A stretch of DNA of 64,000 nt, from assembly GCA_937124615.1 (NCBI GenBank), contig CAKZKR010000109.1:12338-76337 (forward strand), written 5' to 3'. The stretch comes from an uncultured bacterium (GTDB lineage Bacteria; Hydrogenedentota; Hydrogenedentia; Hydrogenedentales; Hydrogenedentaceae). The notes beneath the pieces were generated by a model that saw only the letters and a program-made list of their open reading frames with translations, was not told where the DNA came from and did not search any database. Position 1 is the first letter of the stretch; each line of letters begins with the position of its first letter. The translations under genes were made by a program, and so were the position numbers. Shown here piece after piece: positions 46,732 to 57,408 of this stretch.

Positions 46732-48507
46732 TTATTTGTTTTTAGGGGGGACGATAGCAATATGAAGTTCCTTGAGTTGTTTTGGAGTAACTTCACTGGG
46801 AGCCCCCATGAGTAAATCACGGGCTTTTTGATTTAATGGGAATGCAATAACCTCACGAATATTAGGAGAATCTGTGAGAAGCATCAGTATGCGGTCAAAA
46901 CCGGGGGCTATACCACCGTGAGGAGGAGCCCCATAGTGGAATGCTTTCCATAATGCTGGAAATTTATTTTTGACAACTTCGGGGGGATATCCTACAATCT
47001 CAAATGCTTTGAGCATGATTTCAGGTTTGTGATTTCGGATGGCACCTGAGGAGAGTTCTACTCCATTGCAAACGATATCGTATTGGTATGCGAGTATATC
47101 AAGAGGGTTTTTATTTAGTAAAGCATCCATTCCCCCCTGTGGCATTGAAAATGGATTGTGGGAGAAATCGTAATGTTTTTCTTCTTCATTCCACTCAAAC
47201 ATTGGGAAATCGACAATCCAACAAAATGCTACTTGATTGGTATTTATCATATTGAGTTGACGCGCAAGATATGTGCGAACTTTCCCCATAAGAGCATGGG
47301 TCTCTTTTCGTGAGCCTGCTCCAAAGAAAATTGAATCGCCCTCGTTTATTTGAAGTCTTTGAATAAGTGCTTTCTTTTCCTCATCCTTCATAAATTTTGC
47401 TATAGGACCTTTAAAATCCCCTTCTTTTAATATAAGCCAGGCCAGTCCTTTTGCTCCTTCACTTTTTGCGTATTCTTCTGCATCGTCAAAGAACTTACGG
47501 GGTTGCTGGTCTGCATGTGGAAGATGGATTCCCTTTACAACTCCTCCTGTTGCAACTTGAGCACTAAAGACTTTAAGTTCTGAATGGGCAAAAATATCAG
47601 TACAGTCATGCATTTCCAGTCCATAACGCAAATCGGGTTTGTCCGTACCGTATTTTTCCATGGCCTCTCGGTATGGGATTCGGGGGAATTTTTCCCAGAT
47701 GATATTTTTGGAAGAGAGTTCTTTGAATATATGAACCATAAGTAATTCAAGTTCATAAAAAATGTCTTCCTGAGTTACAAATGACATTTCAATATCAATT
47801 TGGTAGAATTCTCCTGGACTACGGTCTGCTCGGGAATCTTCATCACGAAAACAAGGGGCTATCTGAAAATATTTGTCAAAACCAGAAATCATCAGTAATT
47901 GTTTGAATTGCTGAGGGGCCTGAGGTAAAGCATAAAATTGTCCGGGGTAAATTCGACTGGGGACAAGGAAATCGCGAGCTCCTTCTGGAGAAGAACTTGT
48001 AAGTATTGGGGTGTGAAACTCGTTGAAACCTCGCGATATAAGGTGGTCTCTAACAAGTTTGGCTAGTTGGGTTCGCAACATAATATTTTTGTGAAGGGTA
48101 CTTCTTCGAAGGTCTAAAAAACGATATTCCAGACGCAACTCTTCAGGGGTCTCAATTTCCTTATTAACAGGGAACGGTAATTGCTCACAAGCAGACTCTA
48201 AGTGAAAATTGGTTGCAACAACTTCTATTTCGCCCGTCTCAATATTTGGATTAATAGTTTCTGGTGTTCGAGCGACTACTTCTCCTTCAATGGTAATTAC
48301 ACTTTCATTTTTTACACTTTCAACCTCAGAGAAAAAGGGACGGTCGGGATTCACAACGATTTGGGTTATGCCATAATGGTCGCGTAAGTCAATAAAAATA
48401 ACTCCTCCATGGTCTCTTTTTGTATGTACCCAACCCGAGAGTTTTACTATTTGACCGACATCAGATTTTCTTAACTGGTTACAACTGTGTGTTCGGTATA
48501 AGTGCAT
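46732..48507 (-). CDS. aspS: Aspartate--tRNA ligase
   Basis: N-terminal OB fold (RTHSCNQLRKSDVGQIVKLSGWVHTKRDHGGVIFIDLRD), a class II core (FRDEDSRADRSPGEFYQID, GGIAPGFDRILMLL), and bacterial-type insertion length (591 aa). Confidence 0.9.
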   Translation of the reverse strand: MHLYRTHSCNQLRKSDVGQIVKLSGWVHTKRDHGGVIFIDLRDHYGITQIVVNPDRPFFSEVESVKNESVITIEGEVVARTPETINPNIETGEIEVVATNFHLESACEQLPFPVNKEIETPEELRLEYRFLDLRRSTLHKNIMLRTQLAKLVRDHLISRGFNEFHTPILTSSSPEGARDFLVPSRIYPGQFYALPQAPQQFKQLLMISGFDKYFQIAPCFRDEDSRADRSPGEFYQIDIEMSFVTQEDIFYELELLMVHIFKELSSKNIIWEKFPRIPYREAMEKYGTDKPDLRYGLEMHDCTDIFAHSELKVFSAQVATGGVVKGIHLPHADQQPRKFFDDAEEYAKSEGAKGLAWLILKEGDFKGPIAKFMKDEEKKALIQRLQINEGDSIFFGAGSRKETHALMGKVRTYLARQLNMINTNQVAFCWIVDFPMFEWNEEEKHYDFSHNPFSMPQGGMDALLNKNPLDILAYQYDIVCNGVELSSGAIRNHKPEIMLKAFEIVGYPPEVVKNKFPALWKAFHYGAPPHGGIAPGFDRILMLLTDSPNIREVIAFPLNQKARDLLMGAPSEVTPKQLKELHIAIVPPKNK

Positions 48508-48736
48508 TTAACTTTCTCCTGCTTATAATGTTTGTCTTGATATATGTTATTCAACTTTTAATTCTTAAGAATTATGATAAAAGGATAAAATCTTATATTT
48601 TAAAAAAAAAGGTAATTAAGAGTATAATATCTCCTTAATCCCCCAATAAATATTTTTCGGAGTGATAGTTTAAACGAATAAGGGGAAGTTTTTCAATGTA
48701 AGAACCTGATTAAGAATATTTTATTAGGAGTTAAAT

Positions 48737-49756
48737 ATGGTAAAGGTAGGAATTGTCGGAGCAATCGGTTATGCAGGAAGAGAATTTATTCGTTTGCTTG
48801 TGGGACATCCACAGGCTCAATTGGTTTGTGCTATAGAAATGGAAACAGGGAAGAAATTGCAGGATCTACTTCCAAATTTTCGAAAATTGATAGATATCGA
48901 GTTGGAAATATTTGACCCCGATATGATTGCAAAAAAATGTGATGTTGTTTTTTTTGCATTACCGGCCGGTAAGTCAATGCCATTGGCTTCGGAATTGGTA
49001 AAGAAAGGTGTAGTGGTAATGGACCTCGGTTCCGACTTTCGCATAAAAGATGCTGAGGCCTATACCAAGTTCTATAAAATACAATATAGCAATCCTGAAT
49101 TGGTGCAACAATCTATTTATGGTTTAGTTCCCTGGTACCGTGAGCAAATTAGAAATGCGGATATTGTTGCTGTTCCCGGATGTTTTCCGATTAGTGCTAT
49201 ATTGCCATTACGCCCCTTAGTTCAACATGCAGAACCTGATATTCCGATTGTGATTGACTCTGTCTCAGGTGTTTCAGGAGCGGGACGGAGTTTGAATGAA
49301 CTGTTTCATTTTCCAAATATGAATGAAAATGTGCGGGCATACCGTATCGGGAATCATCAACATGTTCCTGAAATAGAACAAGAAATTGGTGGGAAATATA
49401 TGGTTCAGTTTACTCCTCATGTAGCACCTTTAACGAGGGGAATTCTATCTACAATTACACTAAGACCTACGAAGAAGATAAACCCGGAGACAATATATAA
49501 ATGTTATGAATGTTATGATAATGAACCTTTTGTTCGTGTGTTACCGGAAGGGCAGTTTCCGGAGATTAACTTTGTTCGTAATTCTAACTTTTGTGATATT
49601 GGCTGGACTTATGATAATAGGACAGGGAATATTGTCATTGTAAGTGCAATAGATAACCTTGTGGGGGGAACAGCCGGTATGGGCATTCAATGTCTGAATG
49701 TTCGATTTGGTTTTCCGGAAGATGCAGGTCTTCGTTTCCCCGGAATGATGCCGTAA
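48737..49756 (+). CDS. argC: N-acetyl-gamma-glutamyl-phosphate reductase
   Basis: Starts VKVGIVGAIGYAGREFIRLL (Rossmann fold) and contains the catalytic Cys region VAVPGCFP. Confidence 0.9.
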   Translation: MVKVGIVGAIGYAGREFIRLLVGHPQAQLVCAIEMETGKKLQDLLPNFRKLIDIELEIFDPDMIAKKCDVVFFALPAGKSMPLASELVKKGVVVMDLGSDFRIKDAEAYTKFYKIQYSNPELVQQSIYGLVPWYREQIRNADIVAVPGCFPISAILPLRPLVQHAEPDIPIVIDSVSGVSGAGRSLNELFHFPNMNENVRAYRIGNHQHVPEIEQEIGGKYMVQFTPHVAPLTRGILSTITLRPTKKINPETIYKCYECYDNEPFVRVLPEGQFPEINFVRNSNFCDIGWTYDNRTGNIVIVSAIDNLVGGTAGMGIQCLNVRFGFPEDAGLRFPGMMP

Positions 49757-49784
49757 TTAATGTTTCATAAATAAGGAAAGGAAT

Positions 49785-50996
49785 ATGAGTATTGTTCCCA
49801 TTGATGGTGGTGTATGTGCGAGTTTAGGTTTTGAGTCATCTTCTGCTTGTGCAGGGATAAAAAATCCAGAGGGCCAAAGACTGGACTGTGCCTTAGTTTT
49901 CTCAAAATTCAAAGCAAGTGTAGCGGGAGCATTTACAACAAATTGTGTCAAAGCCGCCCCCGTGTTATGGTGTCAGAAAATATGTGAAAACGGTGAGGCT
50001 CAGGCTGTCTTTATTAATAGTGGTAATGCGAATGCATGCACAGGGGAGCAAGGGAAAAAAGATGTAGAAAAGACGGCGGAGGAATTGGCATCAATATTAA
50101 AAGTGGATAAAGATAAGATATTAATTATGAGTACAGGGGTTATTGGTGTTCCTTTGCCAATGGATAGAATAATAAAAGGGGTGCATGAGTGTGTCAAATC
50201 ATTATCTTCGGAAAATCATTTGAATTCGGCAAAAGCAATTATGACTACGGATACGGTTCCAAAAGAATATGCAGTAGCCGTCCAGTTGTCAAAAGGGATT
50301 GTTCGTATAGGGGGAATGGCAAAAGGTGCTGGGATGATTTGTCCTGATATGGCGACTATGCTGTCTGTTATTACCACAGATGCTGAAATTAATAAGGATG
50401 TGCTTAAGAGTTTGCTTTTAAAAGTAGTCCAAAAATCATTTAATTGTATATCTGTCGATAATGATATGAGTACAAATGATTCTGTAGTATTATTGGCAAA
50501 TGGTGCTTCGGGAATAAAAATTCAACCCGGGACAGAAGATGAAGTATCATTTTATAATGGATTGCTACAAGTATGTGTTCGCTTAGCAAGGAATATTGTT
50601 GCAGATGGAGAAGGAGCAACGAAGTTTGTGGAGGTTAAGGTCTTTGGAGCGGATACCCTTGATAATGCGCGGAAAGTCGCAAAATCTATAGCAGTTTCAC
50701 AATTATGTAAAACGGCGTTTTTTGGTGGTGATCCAAATTGGGGAAGAATTCTATGTGCAGTGGGATATAGTGGGGTTCCCATTCAACCCGAAAAAATAAA
50801 ACTCTGGATAGGTGATATACTTGTGTTTGAAGGAGGAGTTCCTGCAAACTATGAAGAAAAACAGGTTGCAGAGGTGATGAACAACAAAGAATTTGTTATT
50901 CAGGTATATTTGGGAATGGGTTTGGAAGAAATATGTTATTGGACCTCTGATTTAAGTTATGATTATGTAAAAATAAATGCAGATTATCGGACATAA
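49785..50996 (+). CDS. argJ: Bifunctional glutamate N-acetyltransferase/amino-acid acetyltransferase ArgJ
   Basis: ATML self-cleavage site (DMATMLSVITTDA) and the ArgJ fold. 403 aa. Confidence 0.9.
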   Translation: MSIVPIDGGVCASLGFESSSACAGIKNPEGQRLDCALVFSKFKASVAGAFTTNCVKAAPVLWCQKICENGEAQAVFINSGNANACTGEQGKKDVEKTAEELASILKVDKDKILIMSTGVIGVPLPMDRIIKGVHECVKSLSSENHLNSAKAIMTTDTVPKEYAVAVQLSKGIVRIGGMAKGAGMICPDMATMLSVITTDAEINKDVLKSLLLKVVQKSFNCISVDNDMSTNDSVVLLANGASGIKIQPGTEDEVSFYNGLLQVCVRLARNIVADGEGATKFVEVKVFGADTLDNARKVAKSIAVSQLCKTAFFGGDPNWGRILCAVGYSGVPIQPEKIKLWIGDILVFEGGVPANYEEKQVAEVMNNKEFVIQVYLGMGLEEICYWTSDLSYDYVKINADYRT

Positions 50997-51013
50997 TTCT
51001 ATAAGGAAAATTT

Positions 51014-51883
51014 ATGGATAAAATAATAGAAAAGGCAAATGTCTTAATTGAAGCGTTGCCGTATATTCGTGAGTTTTGGGGTAAAACGGTAGTTATTAAA
51101 TACGGTGGTGCGGCAATGATAGATGAACGATTACGGCAAAGCACAGCAGAAGATATTGTTTTAATGAAATATGTTGGAATGAATCCCATTGTGGTGCATG
51201 GAGGCGGTCCCTCAATAAATGAGATGCTAAAAAAGTTGGGAATTACACCACAGTTTGGTCCACAGGGATTACGGATCACTGATGAAAAGACGATATCTGT
51301 GGTGGAAATGGTTCTTTCTGGTATTGTAAATAAGGATATTGTAGCATTGATAAATCGTTCGGGAGGTTCTGCGGTAGGTATCAGTGGTAAGGATGGTTGT
51401 TTACTTTATGCCGTCAAAAAATATGCTGACGATGGAACAGATATTGGTCAGGTGGGAAGGATAACAAGGGTGGAGGTAAAAGTTATCCAGGTCCTCTGTG
51501 AGGCTGGCTTTATCCCTGTTGTTGCTCCGTTAGCAACGGATGAGTTTGGTGGTGTCTGGAATATAAATGCAGATACTGTAGCGGGAGATATTGCGTCTGC
51601 TATGCGAGCCGAAAAACTGGTATTTTTAACAGATACCCCTGGCTTGCTTCGGGACCCTTCTAACCCAGACACATTAATTCACCAATTACCTTCTAACGAG
51701 ATTCAACATCTGAAAAAGGAAAAAATAATCAGTGGAGGAATGATTCCAAAAATTGAATCGTGTCTTAAAGCATTGGACCATGGAGTTCGTAAAACCCACA
51801 TAATTGATGGGCGAATTCCTCATAGTTTACTGTTGGAAATATTTACTCGAGAGGGATTGGGAACTCTTGTATATCTTTCTTAA
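51014..51883 (+). CDS. argB: Acetylglutamate kinase
   Basis: VVIKYGGAAM...VVHGGGP matches the amino-acid kinase family ArgB signatures. Confidence 0.9.
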   Translation: MDKIIEKANVLIEALPYIREFWGKTVVIKYGGAAMIDERLRQSTAEDIVLMKYVGMNPIVVHGGGPSINEMLKKLGITPQFGPQGLRITDEKTISVVEMVLSGIVNKDIVALINRSGGSAVGISGKDGCLLYAVKKYADDGTDIGQVGRITRVEVKVIQVLCEAGFIPVVAPLATDEFGGVWNINADTVAGDIASAMRAEKLVFLTDTPGLLRDPSNPDTLIHQLPSNEIQHLKKEKIISGGMIPKIESCLKALDHGVRKTHIIDGRIPHSLLLEIFTREGLGTLVYLS

Positions 51884-51944
51884 TGAATTATCGTAATAAA
51901 TAAATGTTATAAAGTATTAATCAATCTGAAAAGGAGATTATCTG

Positions 51945-52580
51945 ATGCCAATGGATCCTCTTGAAATTATGTTTAAAGGTGGGATTCTGATGTGGCCTAT
52001 CATGCTCTGTTCTGTGATAGGTGTATGTATTATTATTGAGCGTTTCTGGTTCTTACGAAGAGCCGGGATTGATACAAGTGAGTTTATGGATACCATTCGT
52101 CAGGTACTTCGGCAAAATCGTATTCAAGATGCGATAGATATTTGTAATCGTGTCGATGCTCCTGTCGCGAGGATATTAAAGGCGGGAATTTTAAAGTTTA
52201 AGAAGTCTAAAGAAGAGATTCGAGAATCTATTGAGGATGCGGGACAAATGGAAATACCTCGGTTAGAAAGGTATTTATCTGCTTTGGCTACATGTGCCAG
52301 TATCGCTCCACTGTTAGGGCTTCTCGGGACAGTTCAAGGTATGATAAAGTGCTTTGCTGCAATTCAAAATAAAAGGGGACAGGTTAACCCTTCTGACCTT
52401 GCAGAAGGGATTTCGAATGCCTTGATTACAACTGCAGCGGGTTTAACAGTGGCAATCCCTCTTCTGGTATTTTACAATTATTTTGTGTCAAGGGTAGATA
52501 ATATGATTGTTGAGATGGAAATAAGCTCCTCTGAATTGGTTGATTTGCTTACACGACATCAAGGAGACAAGGAGATTTGA
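51945..52580 (+). CDS. exbB: MotA/TolQ/ExbB proton-channel family protein
   Basis: 211 aa with three TM segments. C-terminal TTAAGLTVAIPLLVFYNYF is typical. Confidence 0.8.
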   Translation: MPMDPLEIMFKGGILMWPIMLCSVIGVCIIIERFWFLRRAGIDTSEFMDTIRQVLRQNRIQDAIDICNRVDAPVARILKAGILKFKKSKEEIRESIEDAGQMEIPRLERYLSALATCASIAPLLGLLGTVQGMIKCFAAIQNKRGQVNPSDLAEGISNALITTAAGLTVAIPLLVFYNYFVSRVDNMIVEMEISSSELVDLLTRHQGDKEI

Positions 52581-52581
52581 T

Positions 52582-53043
52582 ATGAAGTTTAAAAGGAAAC
52601 CGAACCAAAGTAAATTGATTAAAGCGACGATAGATTTGACCCCTTTAATTGATGTTGTATTCCAGTTGTTATTATTTTTTATGCTTACATCAACCTTTGT
52701 TGTACAAGCATCTATACCTGTAGAATTATCGAAAAGCGATTCTTCAGAGCAGTTGGAACAAAAAGATGCAACGGTAACATTAGCATATGGAGAAGGGGGA
52801 CCTGACAACCAAGGGGAAATCTATTATACAGAAGATAGTGAAATTCCTGTTAAAAGTTGGTATGAGTTAACGCGAGCATTGGAGAGTTTTTATGATAGGA
52901 GACCTGAAGGTCTTCTTCTTATTCGTCCTGACCGTCGAGTACCTACAGAAAGATTAGTAAAAGTACTGGGGATTGCAAATTCCGTTGGAATAAAGCATTA
53001 CGGGATAGCTGCGATTCCTTCAACAACAGAAACAACTCAATAA
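52582..53043 (+). CDS. exbD: ExbD/TolR biopolymer transport protein
   Basis: MKFKRKP...IDLTPLIDVVFQLLLFFM is the ExbD N-terminal TM signature. The RBS caaggaga is 6 nt upstream of ATG 52582. I reject the upstream in-frame ATG at 52540, which overlaps exbB. Confidence 0.8.
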   Translation: MKFKRKPNQSKLIKATIDLTPLIDVVFQLLLFFMLTSTFVVQASIPVELSKSDSSEQLEQKDATVTLAYGEGGPDNQGEIYYTEDSEIPVKSWYELTRALESFYDRRPEGLLLIRPDRRVPTERLVKVLGIANSVGIKHYGIAAIPSTTETTQ

Positions 53044-53059
53044 GATACGGATTATAACG

Positions 53060-54043
53060 ATGAAAAGGCGCACGCGGAAATCCGTGCGCAAGCACGAAAA
53101 AAAGTATGAATTTGAAGAAAAAACTCAAGAGACCCTTGATTTTTCTAAAATATCCGATGTGATTGTTTTACCTAAGACAGAAGTAAATGGTGTTCAATAT
53201 GAAATTTCAACAAGCCATCAGGGCGATTTATTGTTGCAGTTAAGAAAAGACCGGAATCGTTTCATTAAAACAATTATTTTTGCCCTAATTCTTCATCTTT
53301 CTGCAGTTACTCTCTTTAAAATTGTTGTGTATATACCACGCTCTGACCTTCAATACCTGGATATTCGTGTTATACAGACAGATATGGACAGTAGTCCCCA
53401 TTCCAATGTAGCATCTCGACTTAAGTTATCAAAGAACATGGAAAATGATGATGAAGATACAGAATTTAATATTAATGAATTAAAACAATCAAGTACTTTT
53501 GAACTTCCTAAAATTGAGTTTGAGGAATTAGAAAAACTTAGACTTCGTAGGACACTGGTAGAAGAAGAAGTATCCTCGAAAACTTTACCAGAGGAATATA
53601 AAGATAGTTGGGCTCAATTTGGAGCAGGAATCAATAGAATAAGAGAATCTATAAGTGCTTTAAGTCCATTTTCATCTACTATAGTCAAAGAAAATGGTGA
53701 TACTCCTAATGCTCCTTTAATAAGGCAAAATATAGGAAATGGTATTGAAATTGTTTTCCGCTGGATTAATCCTCCATATAACAGGTCTATTTTGTTTTTA
53801 CCAGGTTTGTTGGAAATGTCAAGGAAATCAATAATTGATGAAGAAAAAGATTATGATTTTATGCTAACAGTATTACCTGATGGAACAGTGTCGCGGGTAA
53901 TTGATTTGAACATTATTGAAGATGATCTATCAAAATATATTGAAGGAGAAATTAGTAAGATTCGTTTTGAACCTTTGATAAACGCTGATTCTGGAGAACA
54001 ACAGGTAACTATTCGTTATCATATATCCGGAGTCATACTATGA
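53060..54043 (+). CDS. TonB/TolA-like protein (single TM anchor, acidic linker, putative TonB_C-like C-terminus)
   Basis: The TM helix IIFALILHLSAVTLFKIVVYI lies ~70 aa from the N-terminus. Gene position after exbB-exbD. The C-terminal fold assignment is tentative. Confidence 0.45.
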   Translation: MKRRTRKSVRKHEKKYEFEEKTQETLDFSKISDVIVLPKTEVNGVQYEISTSHQGDLLLQLRKDRNRFIKTIIFALILHLSAVTLFKIVVYIPRSDLQYLDIRVIQTDMDSSPHSNVASRLKLSKNMENDDEDTEFNINELKQSSTFELPKIEFEELEKLRLRRTLVEEEVSSKTLPEEYKDSWAQFGAGINRIRESISALSPFSSTIVKENGDTPNAPLIRQNIGNGIEIVFRWINPPYNRSILFLPGLLEMSRKSIIDEEKDYDFMLTVLPDGTVSRVIDLNIIEDDLSKYIEGEISKIRFEPLINADSGEQQVTIRYHISGVIL

Positions 54044-54387
54044 TTGAAATATCAATAACAGGGGCATTTATCATCTATTCATTTATTATCGCTTTTGCAG
54101 GTATTATTTTATGGGGACTCTCCGAAATGGGTACTCGGAGAATATATACAGTGTTTAAAAGCCAGAATGTATGGGAATGCAGTTATTGTGCTTTTGTATA
54201 TCTGGATATGGAGGCAGAGGAAATATCCCAGTGCCCGCGATGTTATAGTTATAATCTTTTATCACATAATAATAAAATAATTCAGCAAGAAGGAGAGGAA
54301 GAAAATAAAAATACAGAACCCCGTCGGAATCCTTCTCACAAAAAACATCCTCACGCACAACATCGAGGCCCCCGGAAGAGGAGATAA
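54040..54387 (+). CDS. Small membrane protein with zinc-ribbon (CxxC...CxxC) and basic C-terminal tail
   Basis: N-terminal TM helix, then CSYCAFVYLDMEAEEISQCPRCYS, then a His/Lys/Arg-rich tail. Confidence 0.4.
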   Translation: MIEISITGAFIIYSFIIAFAGIILWGLSEMGTRRIYTVFKSQNVWECSYCAFVYLDMEAEEISQCPRCYSYNLLSHNNKIIQQEGEEENKNTEPRRNPSHKKHPHAQHRGPRKRR

Positions 54388-54392
54388 CCCAT

Positions 54393-55322
54393 CTATTTAT
54401 AGGAAAAATAACTTAATATTTTTTGTAGAATCGAAAGTTTCTTTTCAGGGGTTACTATTGTCATTCCCTCATGAGAGATTAACTTTTTATGTTCTAATGG
54501 ACCAATGATTCGGACAGCGACAGCGGTAATATTGTCGGGGGCTCCCGCATCGATGGCTGTATCTAAAAGAAAATTCAACCCCTCAATCAGGTTTTCGCAT
54601 GATAATCCTTGTTGTAATTGTTCTTCTGTTATCATATTACTTAGTCCATCGGAGCAGAGGAGTATTGTATCTCCTGCCTTTATTACAAAGGCATACAAAT
54701 CAATTTCTACAGTCTCTTTGATCCCTAAAGCTCTTGTTATAAGATTTTTTAACATGTGGTTCCGAGCTTCTTCCTCATTAATCAAACCTTCTTTTAATTG
54801 CTCTGCTACAATAGAGTGGTCTTCAGTTACTTGTTTCACGGGATATTCTTGTCTGTAGATATAGACACGGCTATCTCCTACCTGTGCAACATATCCAGTG
54901 TCTCCATGCATAACTAATGTGGATAAGGTAGTTCCCATTCCAAAATAAGAAGAGTCTTTTTCACTTAAATTAAAGATGTCCTCATTGATTTTTTGAATAG
55001 AGTTTAGCAATATTTTGGGGATATCGTTTCCTTCAGATTTATAATAATAATCGCTTAGTAGCGTAACAGCCATTTTGCTTGCATGTTCTCCGGCGACAGC
55101 CCCTCCCATACCATCAGCCACGGCTGTTAGTATGCCTAATCTTTCATGGTAGTCATTATTGTCAGGTTTAGAGAAGATGCAGTGGTCTTCATTGTTTGTT
55201 CTACGAATTCCAATATCAGAAATCATGCAGATTTCAAAAGTTTCATTTTTCAGGTTAAAAGTATACCTTTTTTCATTTTTAGGCCCGATTTCATACAAAA
55301 CATTTTCTGGAAAATCGACCAC
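54393..55322 (-). CDS. PP2C-family Ser/Thr protein phosphatase
   Basis: ISDIGIRRTNNEDH and DGMGGAVAGEHAS are PP2C metal-binding motifs. C-terminal DGxxN (CSDGLSN). Confidence 0.85.
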   Translation of the reverse strand: MVDFPENVLYEIGPKNEKRYTFNLKNETFEICMISDIGIRRTNNEDHCIFSKPDNNDYHERLGILTAVADGMGGAVAGEHASKMAVTLLSDYYYKSEGNDIPKILLNSIQKINEDIFNLSEKDSSYFGMGTTLSTLVMHGDTGYVAQVGDSRVYIYRQEYPVKQVTEDHSIVAEQLKEGLINEEEARNHMLKNLITRALGIKETVEIDLYAFVIKAGDTILLCSDGLSNMITEEQLQQGLSCENLIEGLNFLLDTAIDAGAPDNITAVAVRIIGPLEHKKLISHEGMTIVTPEKKLSILQKILSYFSYK

Positions 55323-55375
55323 AGGCTCTTCCTCATTCTATTAGTTATTTTCCATAATGATATTTTAACATGATT

Positions 55376-56365
55376 TTATCTTTTCAGGCTATTAAAATTT
55401 GTATTTGTTTTCTCTTGGAAACCAGAGGTTCGGGCACAAATATATAAAGGCCTTTGTTTAACTTCATCATATATTCTTGCAATATATTCTCCCAAAAGAG
55501 CAATCCCTATTAAGTTAATTCCTCCAAAAAAGGAGATAGAAATAAGTTGAGAGGCCCATGCAGTAACTGCTAATCCTGTTATTAACTTGTGATAAAGAGC
55601 GAAAAGAATGAGTAAGAAACAGAGTGATAAACTTCCTATGCCTGCAAGTCGGAAAAAAAATAAAGGAACATAAGAGAAAGAGAAAAATGCATTCATAGCA
55701 AGTGTCCACAAACCACGGAAACCGACCCGGGGCTTTGAATCATAGCGAGCTCTCCTTTCAGCTATAACTCCGGTCTGTTTAAATCCTACCCAGCCCCGGA
55801 GACCTGGGATATAACGGTTTCGCTCAGGACATGATTTGATGGCTTCTATAACTCTCCTGTCAATAAGTGCATAGTTCCCTGCATCTATGGGGAGCGTTAT
55901 TTGGGCACTAAGTGATAAGAGACGATAAAAGAGCCAGGAACAAAAACGGAAAAGGAACCCTTCTTTGCGATTTGTTCTTTTTGCAAAAATAACATCATAA
56001 CCTTTTTCCCATAACTCGATAAAATTAGCAAAGGATTTGGGGTCATCTTGACCATCAGAATCCATAATAATGGCACAGTCCCCTGATGCATGGTGTAGTC
56101 CTGCGGTTATGGCAGATGCTTGTCCGAAATTTCTTGCAAGGTGTATGGCAAAAATAAGTCCAGGGTATGTTTCTGTTAGATTATCTAAATGTTTTTCTGT
56201 TTCGTCTGTACTACCATCGTTTACAAGAATTATCTCGGTATTGTTTGTTATTTTTAATTCGTTAAGGGTTGCAATAATCTCTTCAACAAAATTTTTAATG
56301 TATGAACCTTCATTGAATACAGGAGCTATGATGGATAGTTTATAATTCTCGGGTCTATTTTCCAT
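55376..56365 (-). CDS. GT2-family glycosyltransferase, polyprenyl-phosphate sugar synthase type (ArnC/GtrB-like) with C-terminal TM helices
   Basis: LSIIAPVFNE...NDGSTD...MDSDGQDD (DxD) plus C-terminal TM segments. Confidence 0.85.
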   Translation of the reverse strand: MENRPENYKLSIIAPVFNEGSYIKNFVEEIIATLNELKITNNTEIILVNDGSTDETEKHLDNLTETYPGLIFAIHLARNFGQASAITAGLHHASGDCAIIMDSDGQDDPKSFANFIELWEKGYDVIFAKRTNRKEGFLFRFCSWLFYRLLSLSAQITLPIDAGNYALIDRRVIEAIKSCPERNRYIPGLRGWVGFKQTGVIAERRARYDSKPRVGFRGLWTLAMNAFFSFSYVPLFFFRLAGIGSLSLCFLLILFALYHKLITGLAVTAWASQLISISFFGGINLIGIALLGEYIARIYDEVKQRPLYICARTSGFQEKTNTNFNSLKR

Positions 56366-56391
56366 TTTTGTTTATAATACAACTCGTGTAG

Positions 56392-57222
56392 TTACAAGTG
56401 TTTTGTGACCACTTCAATGGGGTTTATTCCGGTTAATAATTGTATACCTATTATGATAGTTAAGGTCATGATAACAAAATTGAATGTTCGTTCTGAAATT
56501 TTATTATGAAGCCAGACCCCCATGAAAGAACCTAATGGAATAAATGGTATCAAGAAAATATCAAATTTGAGTACAGACCAGTCTATTAGCCCTACCCCAA
56601 TATAAAAGGGTAACTTTGTAATATTTATAAGAGTGAATGTCCATGCCACTGTTCCAACAAATAAAGTTTTACCCAGATTTTTTGAAAAAAGAAAGAGGCT
56701 TACAATAGGTCCGGCTGCATGAGCAAGTGTTGATGTAATACCTGCAAGAATCCCTGCGATGATACCTGTGCGGACACCGAAACTTCTTTGTTCAACCCAT
56801 TTCATTGAGGATTCTTTGCCCGTTATATAGAGAGCAAAGATTATAGCTATGACACCTACGAATTGCTTAAGTAGTTTTTCATATTCTTTAATTCCATTTT
56901 CTCCCATATACCACCACATAAGAGAACCGATTAAAATTCCAATAATTGCAGGGATGTAGATTTCCATTATTGGTTTCCATATCTTATTCTTTCGATGTAT
57001 ATATATTGCATTTAAATCACACAAAACTAAGATAGGGAGTAATGTTGCAGCAACTTTATCGGGTGGCATAACTAACATCATGAGAGGAACGGAGATAATA
57101 CCAGCCCCACCTGCAAAACCCGATTTACTGATTCCTTGAATAAGAACTCCAATTGATACAAGAATCCAGAATAGAACAGCGGGGATTCCTGGTAATGCAT
57201 ACGAAGTCCAAAAATTTTCCAT
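56392..57222 (-). CDS. TauE/SafE-family sulfite/anion exporter membrane protein
   Basis: 276 aa, about 8 TM helices, with internal duplication and conserved Gly-rich TM motifs. Confidence 0.7.
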   Translation of the reverse strand: MENFWTSYALPGIPAVLFWILVSIGVLIQGISKSGFAGGAGIISVPLMMLVMPPDKVAATLLPILVLCDLNAIYIHRKNKIWKPIMEIYIPAIIGILIGSLMWWYMGENGIKEYEKLLKQFVGVIAIIFALYITGKESSMKWVEQRSFGVRTGIIAGILAGITSTLAHAAGPIVSLFLFSKNLGKTLFVGTVAWTFTLINITKLPFYIGVGLIDWSVLKFDIFLIPFIPLGSFMGVWLHNKISERTFNFVIMTLTIIIGIQLLTGINPIEVVTKHL

Positions 57223-57408
57223 ATATTAGTTCCAAAATAAACAGTATGTGATTTATCTTTAATTGTAATTAAAAAATAATAGAGCATGATTATATAACAT
57301 CTATCGAAAAGAATTGCCAATTTTGGGTAGTATGTTAATTTGCTTATAACATTATTTTTCAGTATTATGTTTTTTAAAAGAATTAATAAATTAACAAGGA
57401 GACAGCCT

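Noticed and set aside
52540-52581. Upstream ATG start for exbD given in the ORF track
   Set aside because: It overlaps the exbB 3' end and lacks an RBS. ATG 52582 has a good RBS and gives the canonical ExbD N-terminus MKFKRKP.
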